A stretch of DNA of 64,000 bases from an uncultured virus (IMG/VR IMGVR_UViG_3300005512_000015) (IMGVR_UViG_3300005512_000015), one strand, 5' to 3'; counted from the stretch's first letter, positions 38,606 through 47,943 are shown. Made by a program: numbers and translations. The notes: generated from the sequence alone by a model not told the origin.

Positions 38606-38908
38606 TTACTCATCACCAGGAGCTTCAACATTATTCCGTTTAATAACATAAATACCTACGTCATCGTCATATTTCATCAGAGACTTTACAATACGTATTT
38701 GTTCGGGAGTCATCTTCATCCAGGTGTTAGTGTAAGTGCCTTCATACCCGCTAGGTAAAACTTCTTCCCAGTACCAGTACTCATCATCTTCGAAAGTAAA
38801 GAACCTATAAGCTTCATAATAAGAAATCCAAGGTACACCTTCTGTATAATTCGTATGTTCTTTGTAAATGTATACTTTTTTTGCAAATAGTCGTTTAAAG
38901 AAGTTCAT
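38606..38908 (-). CDS. Hypothetical protein
   Basis: Start revised to MNFFKRL (ATGA overlap). Confidence 0.6.
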   Translation of the reverse strand: MNFFKRLFAKKVYIYKEHTNYTEGVPWISYYEAYRFFTFEDDEYWYWEEVLPSGYEGTYTNTWMKMTPEQIRIVKSLMKYDDDVGIYVIKRNNVEAPGDE

Positions 38909-39111
38909 AGTCGTTCCCACCATTCCTTTTCTATAATATAATAATTGAGTTTTTCGTCTATCACACAAAGTGTGGTGTATATGCTCAATGGGAATAAAAG
39001 TAAAGTCCACAAAATAAACGGAAATTTATATGAACCTAAGTATAGTTCCGATAGAATAAGAAATGAAGTATGTAAGCTCCATAATATAATAATCAGATGT
39101 AAATGTTTCAT
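38905..39111 (-). CDS. Small membrane protein
   Basis: Start revised to MKHLHL; AAGGA SD; two TM segments. Confidence 0.6.
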   Translation of the reverse strand: MKHLHLIIILWSLHTSFLILSELYLGSYKFPFILWTLLLFPLSIYTTLCVIDEKLNYYIIEKEWWERL

Positions 39112-39124
39112 AATATAGTCCTTT

Positions 39125-39420
39125 AATTGGAATGAGTATCCCATTGCCCTTATTTCTAAGGATTGCCGACGCATTACGCTCACTCGTCTAAGGTTTTTGA
39201 TTTGCTACACACGGAGAAGTACCTTAACTCCGTACGAGCCACTTGGATACTCATTAAGAATAACACCAGACTCAGTTTAAAGAAGGGAGCTCCAACTATT
39301 AATCCTATCCGATGCTATTTTTAATAAGCCATCACGACCTCTTAGGAATATGGTTCCGCAAGATTGCGGAACCAGATCTTCTAGGACAGGTTTAAGGTTA
39401 CCACATCAAATCGTTCAATA
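39125..39420 (-). ncRNA. Candidate structured RNA A (or long 5' leader)
   Basis: 11-bp long-range helix, 10-bp hairpin, GAAA tetraloop, candidate pseudoknot; no credible ORF. Confidence 0.55.
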
Positions 39421-39454
39421 TCACGATTCTCGCAAAAGTAAACAATTATTTTAA

Positions 39455-40072
39455 TTAAATCTCAGCCAATTTATCCATTGCAAGTTTAAATGCATTTTCA
39501 TCTTTAGCGTCAATATAAACTTTATTGCCCTTAGCTCTTTTCATGATTCTAACTTTAATACCTGCTTTAGTGTCATGCAATAGCTTCTTAATCATATTAG
39601 ATTCTTCGTCATCTGCATCTACTATAGCGCGAGGATTAGTTAATTTAGTGTTAGCCGAGCCTAAAGTTCCTTTTAGCTCTTTAGGTAGAACAACATTAAA
39701 ATTACCAACAACTGTTTGGTCTTTCGCCGGACCGGTTTTAGCTGCACCAGCTTTCGGGATAGGCTTTTTGCTTAAGTTTTTCTTCAATTCAGGATAAAAA
39801 TCTGCGATTTCGCTATCACTCATTCCTAAATAGGCTGGGTGTCTTAAAATTTTTACAACTTGATCTGGATCGCCTGAAATATCAACTATTCCTTTGTTTT
39901 TAGTAGGTGTAATTTTTACCCGAAGAGAATCCCAAGCATTTCGAATTAACGCGGTTTCGTCCCTTGTATTAGGTATCCAATCGGCATCTATTTTGATTTC
40001 TTTTTTCTCATTCAAGTGAACTGAGGCATAAGCTTCAGATATTTGTTGAATATAATCTTTAAAAGTTTCCAT
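39455..40072 (-). CDS. Putative internal head protein
   Basis: METFKDYI..ISE...LNE; late promoter at 40120-40127. Confidence 0.6.
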   Translation of the reverse strand: METFKDYIQQISEAYASVHLNEKKEIKIDADWIPNTRDETALIRNAWDSLRVKITPTKNKGIVDISGDPDQVVKILRHPAYLGMSDSEIADFYPELKKNLSKKPIPKAGAAKTGPAKDQTVVGNFNVVLPKELKGTLGSANTKLTNPRAIVDADDEESNMIKKLLHDTKAGIKVRIMKRAKGNKVYIDAKDENAFKLAMDKLAEI

Positions 40073-40121
40073 TTTTTTTTCCTATCTTAATTAAATACTA
40101 CATATATGTTATACTATTCTA

Positions 40122-40420
40122 TTTATAGTAAGCCCTTATACAACCACCGCCTGCCGAAGCTTCGAGAGGAATTACATATAAAGATTCACTAATCATATTT
40201 CAATCATTATAGTGGCGAATAATGATAACACTTCCACTTAATTTCTAGTGTTCTGATTTATAGTATCGTACTAGGAACAACACTTGCTTTCTAATTCAGA
40301 CCATAACCTAAATTATCAAACTTACCCGTAAATTTAAGCATACCCTTATGGAGGTGTACTTGCCAGTAGGTAGTGGGTCAATCTGCTCTACTGGTGAGTT
40401 TGGTGCTATGTCGGCTTATT
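40122..40420 (+). ncRNA. Candidate structured RNA B (strand uncertain)
   Basis: Terminal helix and several internal helices; TGnTATACT at 40107-40115; no ORF. Confidence 0.5.
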
Positions 40421-41024
40421 TGTTTTTAAAATAATCTAGATTCTCAGCTTTTAACTTTGTGGCTTCATCGTATGAGATAACTTCCATACTACCATAAGAG
40501 TCAGGGTATTTTGGAAGACCATAATCTTTTAAATTCTTAATCCATTTAGCTGACTTGGCTTTAGATGCAGCGTGAACTGAATTGGTCTTACGGTAATAAA
40601 GATAATACTTATTAAAGTTATGTTGGTAAGGAATACCTTTCTCATCTAGATAAGCTTTCAACCACCATTCGAGAGACTTAGTAATATCAGTTAATATACT
40701 TTTAGTTTCGTTCTTACGCCAATCAAGATAACCAGCACTTAAATCGGTTCCGAAATCCCAGATTTCTTTTGGAGCATCTACATTTTTTCTATTATCATAA
40801 TCTGTGAACTTCTTAAATTCATATGGAGTATCATATCCCCATTCTTGACCACCGGTTGCCATATAGTTATTTTCATCATCCATTTCGGAGTGATTATTCC
40901 ATACATCTACGACAATATCAGGTAAGATATTATTAACAATTTCCCATCTATCACCGTATTTCTTGGCTTTAACAACCAGCTTTTTGGCTTGTGCTTCATT
41001 TAAAAATTCTTTAAACTGACCCAT
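40416..41024 (-). CDS. Putative internal head protein
   Basis: MGQFKEFLNEA closely matches the T4 CTS. Confidence 0.65.
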   Translation of the reverse strand: MGQFKEFLNEAQAKKLVVKAKKYGDRWEIVNNILPDIVVDVWNNHSEMDDENNYMATGGQEWGYDTPYEFKKFTDYDNRKNVDAPKEIWDFGTDLSAGYLDWRKNETKSILTDITKSLEWWLKAYLDEKGIPYQHNFNKYYLYYRKTNSVHAASKAKSAKWIKNLKDYGLPKYPDSYGSMEVISYDEATKLKAENLDYFKNK

Positions 41025-41071
41025 GTTATTTCCTTTTAGACTTTATATCTATTTATTCATTTCTTAAATCT

Positions 41072-41114
41072 ATTATAACATGTCATTAAATAAAAGTAAA
41101 CAATTATATAAATA
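41072..41114. promoter_or_regulatory. Early promoter (-, 41072-41101) and divergent late promoter (+, 41107-41114)
   Basis: Exact motifs. Confidence 0.7.
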
Positions 41115-41119
41115 AATTT

Positions 41120-41398
41120 ATGAAGAAAACATACCTTTACATAATGTTCGATCCAGATAAACCTTCTAAATGTAAGGTGGGTATAACTATAAATATTGAA
41201 CAAAGGCTACGGTCTTATAGAACAGCTAGTCCTCAGTGTACATTTACATATACAACCGAAATACCTAATAAGAGATTCGAAAAGGAAATACACGAATTAC
41301 TTAAAGATACTATACTGTTAGACCGAGAATACGTTCATTGTAACCCAACTATCGTACAAAACATAATAGAAGGGTATATGACAGATAAAGGTTATTAG
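41120..41398 (+). CDS. T5orf172/GIY-YIG-like small protein
   Basis: YLYIM...KVGIT.NIEQRL.SY.TASP. Confidence 0.8.
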   Translation: MKKTYLYIMFDPDKPSKCKVGITINIEQRLRSYRTASPQCTFTYTTEIPNKRFEKEIHELLKDTILLDREYVHCNPTIVQNIIEGYMTDKGY

Positions 41399-41607
41399 CC
41401 TTCAAGCTTATCAATAATATGAGCTAATAGTTCATGCTGAGTGATAATATCCTTTTCAGAACCTTCTTCTAGAAAACTATTCTTTATAGTCAATAAATAC
41501 ATATCATCTCTAATTTCGACGTGCATAATATGTTCAACTGGAGTATCGATGCCAGTTTCTTCTGTAACGATCTCAGCTAAGTATTTTTTAAAGTTATCGT
41601 TAATCAT
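41395..41607 (-). CDS. Hypothetical protein
   Basis: Start revised to MINDNF. Confidence 0.6.
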   Translation of the reverse strand: MINDNFKKYLAEIVTEETGIDTPVEHIMHVEIRDDMYLLTIKNSFLEEGSEKDIITQHELLAHIIDKLEG

Positions 41608-41827
41608 TATTAGTACCCTCTTTATACAAAAATAAAACTTGAAGCAAATCAAACTCACCATAAGTCAGTGAGAACCGTTCAAAGGTGTTACTACGACTAA
41701 TGTGAACATCAACACCTTCACCATTAGTCCAATGAGTCACTTCCATAAAATCATGTTCACCTGCCATAATACAATATGGACCTAGCTCAGACGATACTGC
41801 TTTACGGTTATTCACTTGGGTCAACAT
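41600..41827 (-). CDS. Hypothetical protein
   Basis: EVTHWTNGEGVDV pattern. Confidence 0.7.
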   Translation of the reverse strand: MLTQVNNRKAVSSELGPYCIMAGEHDFMEVTHWTNGEGVDVHISRSNTFERFSLTYGEFDLLQVLFLYKEGTNND

Positions 41828-41990
41828 TAGCTTCAGCCCTCAACAAAGTCATATCAAAATTATAGAACTTTAATAAGACAGCACAAGCAAGCTCTACCGT
41901 CTCATCTCCAGAATTTAAAAACTGAGTCTTTAACTCTTCAATAATGATTTCATCATATTGTTCATCTGATATAGTCAATTCTAGTTTCAT
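41808..41990 (-). CDS. Hypothetical protein
   Basis: Coupled ORF. Confidence 0.6.
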   Translation of the reverse strand: MKLELTISDEQYDEIIIEELKTQFLNSGDETVELACAVLLKFYNFDMTLLRAEANVDPSE

Positions 41991-42601
41991 TATACCACCT
42001 TCAATTGTTCAAATGTAACAAAAGCTTCTAGATTGATATCTCTGAGTTTCTTTTCTGTTTCAGTCTCATCCCATTCTTTACCGCAGAACGTATAGAGATT
42101 AGCCACGCGATGTCTATAAGCTTCTTTGTCTAATAAGAAAAAAACAATATATTCAGCTTCAATAAGAGTTTTATCTTTAAATGATGTTAAGATGTTAAAC
42201 CTACGATTAGTCAAATCAAAAGCCATATTGTGTAAAATTTGGTCGTCATACCATAAAGCGTTATTGACCCAAGATTGAGATAGATTGTATTCAGATTTAA
42301 AATCAAAACTGTTAGCAATGTAGTCTAAGTATTCTTTGTCAGTTTGAACTACTTTCAGAACCTTTTCAATATACGAACCGTCTTCAGTACATACAATCTC
42401 TTCATCTCCATCAAAATTATCTCGAAGATACTCAATAGCCTCAGATACATTCATGCCATCAAGCGTATCAAGGTATGCAGTATCGTAATCATCAAGATCC
42501 CTTTCAGCAATACTCCAGTTGAATCCGATAGTATAGTCATTGAATTGTTCTAGGAAATTATAAACTTTTTTGATTTCATTGATTTGTTTTTCATAATACA
42601 T
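41990..42601 (-). CDS. Hypothetical acidic protein
   Basis: 203-aa ORF with GGAG SD. Confidence 0.7.
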   Translation of the reverse strand: MYYEKQINEIKKVYNFLEQFNDYTIGFNWSIAERDLDDYDTAYLDTLDGMNVSEAIEYLRDNFDGDEEIVCTEDGSYIEKVLKVVQTDKEYLDYIANSFDFKSEYNLSQSWVNNALWYDDQILHNMAFDLTNRRFNILTSFKDKTLIEAEYIVFFLLDKEAYRHRVANLYTFCGKEWDETETEKKLRDINLEAFVTFEQLKVV

Positions 42602-42604
42602 AAA

Positions 42605-42790
42605 TTACTCCTTGTGACTAGGTAGAGAAGTTAGAATTCGTTCAGCTTGGGAATTCCATTGTGACCAATACTTCTCAACGTTCTCCTTAACATCAAGTCT
42701 TTCTTCTTTAAGTAAAGCTTTATTCATACCAATAAAGAATTCTATAGCTAGTTCTCTAGCTAGTATTTCAGTTTGAGTTCTATCGCACAT
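42605..42790 (-). CDS. Hypothetical protein
   Basis: AAGGA SD. Confidence 0.6.
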   Translation of the reverse strand: MCDRTQTEILARELAIEFFIGMNKALLKEERLDVKENVEKYWSQWNSQAERILTSLPSHKE

Positions 42791-42967
42791 ATTAGTTTTC
42801 CTTGTATGCCTTATTCTTAACTTGTGTATATTCTATACATTTGTAAATCACGGGATTAGATGATATAAGTTTCTTTTGTGTACACACAGTATAGTATTCT
42901 TGAGGAGGGCTATTACGTGACATACCAGTCAAGAATACAATAGATACTAGTAGTAGGATAACTTTAG

Positions 42968-43150
42968 TCATGATTTTTTCTCTAAGTTATCCAGTATATG
43001 AATCAGAATAAATGTAATGACCATCAAGCTAATTGACAAAAATCCCATACCTATAATAATAGGGTTTTGTGTCTCATTACCCAAGTGAAATATATAAACT
43101 GGGGTTAAAAAAGTAAGCCCCATCAAAGTAATCCAAAATATAACGTTCAT
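42968..43150 (-). CDS. Small membrane protein
   Basis: Two TM segments. Confidence 0.6.
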   Translation of the reverse strand: MNVIFWITLMGLTFLTPVYIFHLGNETQNPIIIGMGFLSISLMVITFILIHILDNLEKKS

Positions 43151-43321
43151 AATTTAATCCTTTTTGTCTACAAATAGATTAACAGCACTAGCCACAACCG
43201 CATGTAATGCTGTTTTTTGTTCTTTGGTTAACTCTCCAGTTACAGCTACACAAAAGTTTTCATGTACCGCAGACTTGCTGGTATAAACCACTCGATCATT
43301 TACTTCTACAATATTCATCAC

Positions 43322-43618
43322 TTACTCCTTAAACCATTCAATAGGTGCGTTGTTCTTTTCATATTCAAATACCAAAGCATTCAGATTCATATATCTCAAG
43401 CTACTATAACTTTCAAGGAAGTTAGTAAAGCTTCTCCACGATTCGCCTGTCATAATAGGTAGTCCGATTTCATCTCTACCCTTGTAGGTTTCTTCGTACA
43501 TTGGGTCGGTATCATCATCGCAATAAACATCAATACGACCACCAGCCCAGCCACCACCATTCTTCTTGATAAAGTCTGGATTGAGTGGTCCCATCCAATT
43601 AGTACTATAAGTCCACAT
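43322..43618 (-). CDS. Hypothetical protein
   Basis: AGGA SD. Confidence 0.7.
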   Translation of the reverse strand: MWTYSTNWMGPLNPDFIKKNGGGWAGGRIDVYCDDDTDPMYEETYKGRDEIGLPIMTGESWRSFTNFLESYSSLRYMNLNALVFEYEKNNAPIEWFKE

Positions 43619-43626
43619 AGTTAATC

Positions 43627-44010
43627 CTATTTTATAGATTTCATATCATCTACAATATCGTCTATATTATTAATAATAGACATAGTTACATCATAATCAG
43701 TAGATACACCAAGTCTATGGATTTTATGTTTTAGAGCTTGAAGATCTCTAATATAATCACCATAAACATGGTCAACAATCCTGCGTCTAGCTTCTTCTCT
43801 CATTCTTCTTAGTTCATGGATGTTTCCATGATAAACATCATCCACTATATAACTAGCATCAATTGTCACTTTACTAATGTATTCAGTAACCCTACTCATA
43901 GACTGTTTGGGTAGAGTTTCATCACTCACCATACTCATACTATAAGATCTAGGCTTTTTAAGTCCTTCGCATTCTACAATACCATTAAATATATTAGACA
44001 TTATATCCAC
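43627..44010 (-). CDS. Hypothetical protein
   Basis: ORF track. Confidence 0.65.
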   Translation of the reverse strand: MDIMSNIFNGIVECEGLKKPRSYSMSMVSDETLPKQSMSRVTEYISKVTIDASYIVDDVYHGNIHELRRMREEARRRIVDHVYGDYIRDLQALKHKIHRLGVSTDYDVTMSIINNIDDIVDDMKSIK

Positions 44011-44023
44011 CTTTCTTTATTTC

Positions 44024-44476
44024 TTATTTGTATGCGTAAAATACGTGATTACCAATTAATCCTAGCTTAGCAATCTGTTGGCTTTTTGACCATGTAGGTT
44101 TAATAGCTGTTGTATGATAATGCGTAGCGTGAGTGATACGAGGAGACTTACCACTTAGTACACGTTGTGAGATATATAAAGCTAACTCATATTCTTCTGA
44201 ATCTTCGTCAATTTTAAGAGTTTGAGCTTTACCATCATTGACGCAAGAGAATTGATACTTCTGACGAGTTACTTCATAAACAGAATTAGGCCATCTTTTA
44301 GACTCGACTCTATTCATTATAACATCAGCAACGGCCATCATACCAACACGTCCTTCACCACGAGCTTCACAATACAGAGTATCAGCCATATAGAACATGT
44401 CATTAACATCGTAATTGTTAGATGCATTAGCTGAGAATGATGATGCTAACATAGCCGATAAGATTAACTTTTTCAT
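44024..44476 (-). CDS. SleB/Hydrolase_2 cell-wall hydrolase with signal peptide
   Basis: Start MKKLILSAM; YCEARGE...AVADVIMNRV, YQFS, ATHYH, IGNHVFY. Confidence 0.9.
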   Translation of the reverse strand: MKKLILSAMLASSFSANASNNYDVNDMFYMADTLYCEARGEGRVGMMAVADVIMNRVESKRWPNSVYEVTRQKYQFSCVNDGKAQTLKIDEDSEEYELALYISQRVLSGKSPRITHATHYHTTAIKPTWSKSQQIAKLGLIGNHVFYAYK

Positions 44477-44718
44477 TATACTTTCTCCGATGGACGAGTG
44501 AATGGTGAATGTTTCCAATAGATACCAAAATCAGGATCAACAACTTTTGCTAAATCACGAATAGCTTGTAGATGCTCAGCACCAGCTATTCTAAATGATC
44601 TATCATCAGAATATTCATAAGACCAGTCATGAGAATTTAATAACTGAAGGTATCTCTCCATAAGAGGTTTGATAGCTTCTTCAGGAGTTTGAATTGATTC
44701 AATATGTAGCTGTTTCAT
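44476..44718 (-). CDS. Hypothetical early protein
   Basis: HDWSYEYSDD motif; directly behind an early promoter. Confidence 0.7.
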   Translation of the reverse strand: MKQLHIESIQTPEEAIKPLMERYLQLLNSHDWSYEYSDDRSFRIAGAEHLQAIRDLAKVVDPDFGIYWKHSPFTRPSEKV

Positions 44719-44729
44719 AACTTATTTCC

Positions 44730-44788
44730 TTATTTCTTGAATCTATTATAATATAAAATTTAGAAAAAGTAAACAATTATTTCACTTT
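44730..44788 (-). repeat. Early-promoter cassette repeat, copy 1
   Basis: AAGTGAAATAATTGTTTACT-N17-TATAATAGATTCAAGAAATAA. Confidence 0.75.
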
Positions 44789-44796
44789 ATTTTCAA

Positions 44797-45051
44797 TTAT
44801 TTTTCACTAGGACAATTACCATATACGCTGAATACACCTAAATATTTAATAATTGAATATTCAGATTCTTCTTCTACTCTAGCACTAAATCTAAATGATG
44901 ATTTGTTTAAACAAAATGTATTTTTAGATAACGTATTCTGTACATTATTTATTATACCATCAGTATGTGTAATATCAAAAATAACTGGTTTTTCGTATTG
45001 CTCTTCTATCTCTTTGATAAAAGTTTCTAGTACACCATCTTGACTTTTCAT
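44797..45051 (-). CDS. Hypothetical protein
   Basis: Coupled ORF. Confidence 0.6.
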   Translation of the reverse strand: MKSQDGVLETFIKEIEEQYEKPVIFDITHTDGIINNVQNTLSKNTFCLNKSSFRFSARVEEESEYSIIKYLGVFSVYGNCPSEK

Positions 45052-45461
45052 AATTTAATAAACTCTCCATCTTTGACCTGAAACATATCTACTTTGCCAT
45101 TACTACGAGTGTAATGACGTCCACCATCAATCATATTACCATTATCGAACTTCTTATAATCATGACGATGTTGACTGTACTGATAATTACCATCATCATC
45201 TTGGATAGCTGCAAAGTCATATTCTTCTACAGCATCCATTGAAGTAATAGTGCCACGACCCATACCATCCATAAAGATACCAAAGTAGCGATTACCAAAC
45301 TCAGGATGAGGTGTATCTCTATAGTAGACGTCAGCTACTATTGATGTAGGAAGGATTTCGGTAGTACACACGTATTTGACATCGCAGCCATCTTTCTCAG
45401 AATACATTTCAATTACTTTTTGTTGGTCAAACTCTTTAAGTGGTTCATGTAATACATTCAT
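45048..45461 (-). CDS. Conserved phage hypothetical protein
   Basis: Start MNVLHEP; TPHPEFGNRYFG, YSQHRHDY, IDGGR. Confidence 0.75.
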   Translation of the reverse strand: MNVLHEPLKEFDQQKVIEMYSEKDGCDVKYVCTTEILPTSIVADVYYRDTPHPEFGNRYFGIFMDGMGRGTITSMDAVEEYDFAAIQDDDGNYQYSQHRHDYKKFDNGNMIDGGRHYTRSNGKVDMFQVKDGEFIKL

Positions 45462-45471
45462 AATATAACTC

Positions 45472-45705
45472 CTAATATATGTCAACACAATTGAATTCAA
45501 AATCTTCGTGAGATATGCTGAAAGTGATTTCTGATAAATCGTCTTCTTTAATACTAGCTTCACATAATAAAGATGTACCAGAAGCGTCTATTACAGATAC
45601 ACTATAATCTAAAATCTCATCGATAGAATCTACACCAGTATCACCATAATAAAAAACTTGTTTACCTGATGATAATGCGTCTCTAATTTTTCCTAAAGTA
45701 ACCAT
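45472..45705 (-). CDS. Hypothetical early protein
   Basis: GAGGA SD; behind a promoter. Confidence 0.65.
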   Translation of the reverse strand: MVTLGKIRDALSSGKQVFYYGDTGVDSIDEILDYSVSVIDASGTSLLCEASIKEDDLSEITFSISHEDFEFNCVDIY

Positions 45706-45722
45706 AATATAATCCTCTTTCT

Positions 45723-45780
45723 TTATTTCTTGAGTCTATTATAATACACAATTGAGAAAAAGTAAACAGTTATTTCACTT
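45723..45780 (-). repeat. Early-promoter cassette repeat, copy 2
   Basis: AAGTGAAATAACTGTTTACT-N17-TATAATAGACTCAAGAAATAA. Confidence 0.75.
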
Positions 45781-45911
45781 TTGTTTTAATAATATGCTTA
45801 ATAATTTTATATTCAATCTTTTGGGCTTTCTTAAACTTACCTTTAAGGTTGGCCTTTGTTAGCTTTCGATATAGTTTCTTTAGTTTGTCGTGATACTTTA
45901 ATACACTCATT

Positions 45912-46376
45912 TTAGTAGTCCCATCTTATTGGTGTTCTTAGTGAAAATATTTTGGTTTGTTTATCAATCAGTTTACATTCTACTAGTTCGAATAAAACCT
46001 CTCGAGTTACATGAACTTCGTCAGCAAAGATATATCTTGCAGGAGTAGGGTTTAGTCCGTTAAAGCGTAATTTATCGATGCGTGAACCGAATCTGTCGTC
46101 CCGTACTTGAAAGATTAAGTCTCTTCTTGATGTTCTTTCAACTCTTTCTGGACGGTGATGAGTTAATAGAATATCACCGTTTCTATAATGGTCCATAATA
46201 AATGTAGACTTACCGACTTGTCTAGGACAAACAATCTCGACCATATTCCATTCAGTTAGATAGTGTTCAATAGACATACTATTTACATAGACATCATCTA
46301 GAGGAGCTTTATTGTTACCACACGTCAATAGGTTCCAAGCATTTTTAAATAGGTCTTGCCAGTTATCTTTATTCAT
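45912..46376 (-). CDS. Small terminase-like P-loop protein
   Basis: PRQVGKST and IFADE motifs. Confidence 0.6.
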   Translation of the reverse strand: MNKDNWQDLFKNAWNLLTCGNNKAPLDDVYVNSMSIEHYLTEWNMVEIVCPRQVGKSTFIMDHYRNGDILLTHHRPERVERTSRRDLIFQVRDDRFGSRIDKLRFNGLNPTPARYIFADEVHVTREVLFELVECKLIDKQTKIFSLRTPIRWDY

Positions 46377-46383
46377 ACTGTTC

Positions 46384-46659
46384 TCACTTTACTCTTTCTC
46401 CTAATATGACTTTGTAGTACATTAGGTTATTGTAGTCTTCTGTGTTGTTTACACAGGATAAAGCTCCTTCAAGCACTTCAACATCATGCTTGGCTAGTGA
46501 TTGTTGTGGGGTTTGATTAACCTTATCCAAGTCAACCTTCATGCCATTGCCTAGCATGTAGCAGCATTCTTTTAGGTGTTCACAATGAGTCACAAGCTCT
46601 GCGTTTTGTTGTTCTAGTTCATTTATTTTTTGCCTTAATTCTGTATTTTGTGTTGTCAT
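46384..46659 (-). CDS. Hypothetical coiled-coil protein
   Basis: ORF track. Confidence 0.65.
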   Translation of the reverse strand: MTTQNTELRQKINELEQQNAELVTHCEHLKECCYMLGNGMKVDLDKVNQTPQQSLAKHDVEVLEGALSCVNNTEDYNNLMYYKVILGERVK

Positions 46660-46822
46660 TATTCTTTACCTTTCAATTTACACTCAAAGACATTATCAAC
46701 TACATAAAAATGACCAGTCTTAATACAGTCTTCATTAACTGAATCTAATGTTGTAGTATAAGCTATTCCGTAAACAAAAGCGGTCCAAACAAATCCAAAA
46801 ACTACAGCAATCGTCATATCTT

Positions 46823-47038
46823 TCATTCTTTATCCTTCAGTTGAGTTTTTACTGTTGCCCATTCTAAAGAAACAAAATCAAACATACCGTCGTGACCTTC
46901 AGCTACTAGCGTTTCAACTGCGTGGTATTTCTCGAGCCACACAACAGTGTCTGTACCCGAAATCGAAGTAGGCACCCAAGCAAACCTTTCAACAAGTCGA
47001 GTATCACCTTCTTTGTATTTCTTATTTTCCCATCTCAT
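46823..47038 (-). CDS. Hypothetical early protein
   Basis: FAWVP...VWLEKY; behind a promoter. Confidence 0.65.
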   Translation of the reverse strand: MRWENKKYKEGDTRLVERFAWVPTSISGTDTVVWLEKYHAVETLVAEGHDGMFDFVSLEWATVKTQLKDKE

Positions 47039-47055
47039 ATTAATTACCTTTTGTT

Positions 47056-47110
47056 TTATTTCTTGAATCTATTATACCATAGTTTTCTTAAAATGTAAAC
47101 AATTATTTTT
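47056..47110 (-). repeat. Early-promoter cassette repeat, copy 3
   Basis: AAATAATTGTTTACA-N17-TATAATAGATTCAAGAAATAA. Confidence 0.75.
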
Positions 47111-47118
47111 AATTATTT

Positions 47119-47355
47119 TTAATTAATTCCAATATTCATATTATTAGATGCTTTTACGGCTTTGTCAGCAAAATCTTTTAACCATTCCTGCATATAATCA
47201 TCTATTGCATTATTATCAATAGTACCTTTAGGATCTGTATTAATTACATTGTAGTCAACTGTTAACATATTATCATCACCTAAGTTTAGAGATTTAACTT
47301 CGATGATAATATCTAGATCATCAGGATATTGCAAAGTTGCTATTATATCTTTCAT
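47119..47355 (-). CDS. Hypothetical protein
   Basis: Coupled ORF. Confidence 0.6.
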   Translation of the reverse strand: MKDIIATLQYPDDLDIIIEVKSLNLGDDNMLTVDYNVINTDPKGTIDNNAIDDYMQEWLKDFADKAVKASNNMNIGIN

Positions 47356-47597
47356 TCTTTATCCACGTGCATTAAATTGTAGTTATCCCAATAGAAGAAA
47401 TAACACAACCAACGAATATCAATTATCGTTATAGTGCCTGCAGGTTTAATTCTAATCTTAGGTAACCAAAACCACCAACTGTAATTGAATTTAGGAGGAA
47501 CCTCATTAACTTCTGTTAAGTGATCAATCTCTTCTTGATCTCCAGTATAGAGTTTAGCAGCTTTACCTAGTACAATGAAATGATTGCCAATTTGCAT
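47352..47597 (-). CDS. Hypothetical protein
   Basis: Coupled ORF. Confidence 0.6.
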   Translation of the reverse strand: MQIGNHFIVLGKAAKLYTGDQEEIDHLTEVNEVPPKFNYSWWFWLPKIRIKPAGTITIIDIRWLCYFFYWDNYNLMHVDKE

Positions 47598-47755
47598 TAG
47601 TATTCTCCTTCGAGATGTATCTTTTCAAACTTGGTCAGCTTACCAGACTTCAACCATTCTAGTGCTACTTTATTAGCTTCCATGATGTCAGTGAATTGAC
47701 CTATTCGTACTTGATTACCAGCTACGGTGTTATGTCTATATAAATTCCAAATCAT
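47597..47755 (-). CDS. Hypothetical protein
   Basis: Start revised to MIWNLY (ATGA overlap). Confidence 0.55.
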   Translation of the reverse strand: MIWNLYRHNTVAGNQVRIGQFTDIMEANKVALEWLKSGKLTKFEKIHLEGEY

Positions 47756-47943
47756 AAAATAGTACTTAAATGATAAAGAATATAAGGCGTAGATAAACCT
47801 AAAATAAGACCAATCGAAAACCATACGAAACGGCTTGGAGGTGGTATTAAGTATTCATCATTTAACAGCCTGCCGTTTACGTAAAGTTTTCCGTTCTTGT
47901 TCTCTAAAGTTGTTCCATTGATACTAGATTTTGTATATCCCAT
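47752..47943 (-). CDS. Small membrane protein
   Basis: Start revised to MGYTKS; C-terminal TM segment. Confidence 0.55.
   Translation of the reverse strand: MGYTKSSINGTTLENKNGKLYVNGRLLNDEYLIPPPSRFVWFSIGLILGLSTPYILYHLSTIL

Noticed and set aside
40160..40420. RNase P-like words GAGGAA and CGGCUUA in RNA B
   Set aside because: The GAAAGUCC strand needed for helix P4 is missing; RNase P cannot be called without cmscan
39125..40420. tRNA or tmRNA genes in the non-coding gaps
   Set aside because: No cloverleaf or GTTCRA T-loop with an acceptor stem found on either strand
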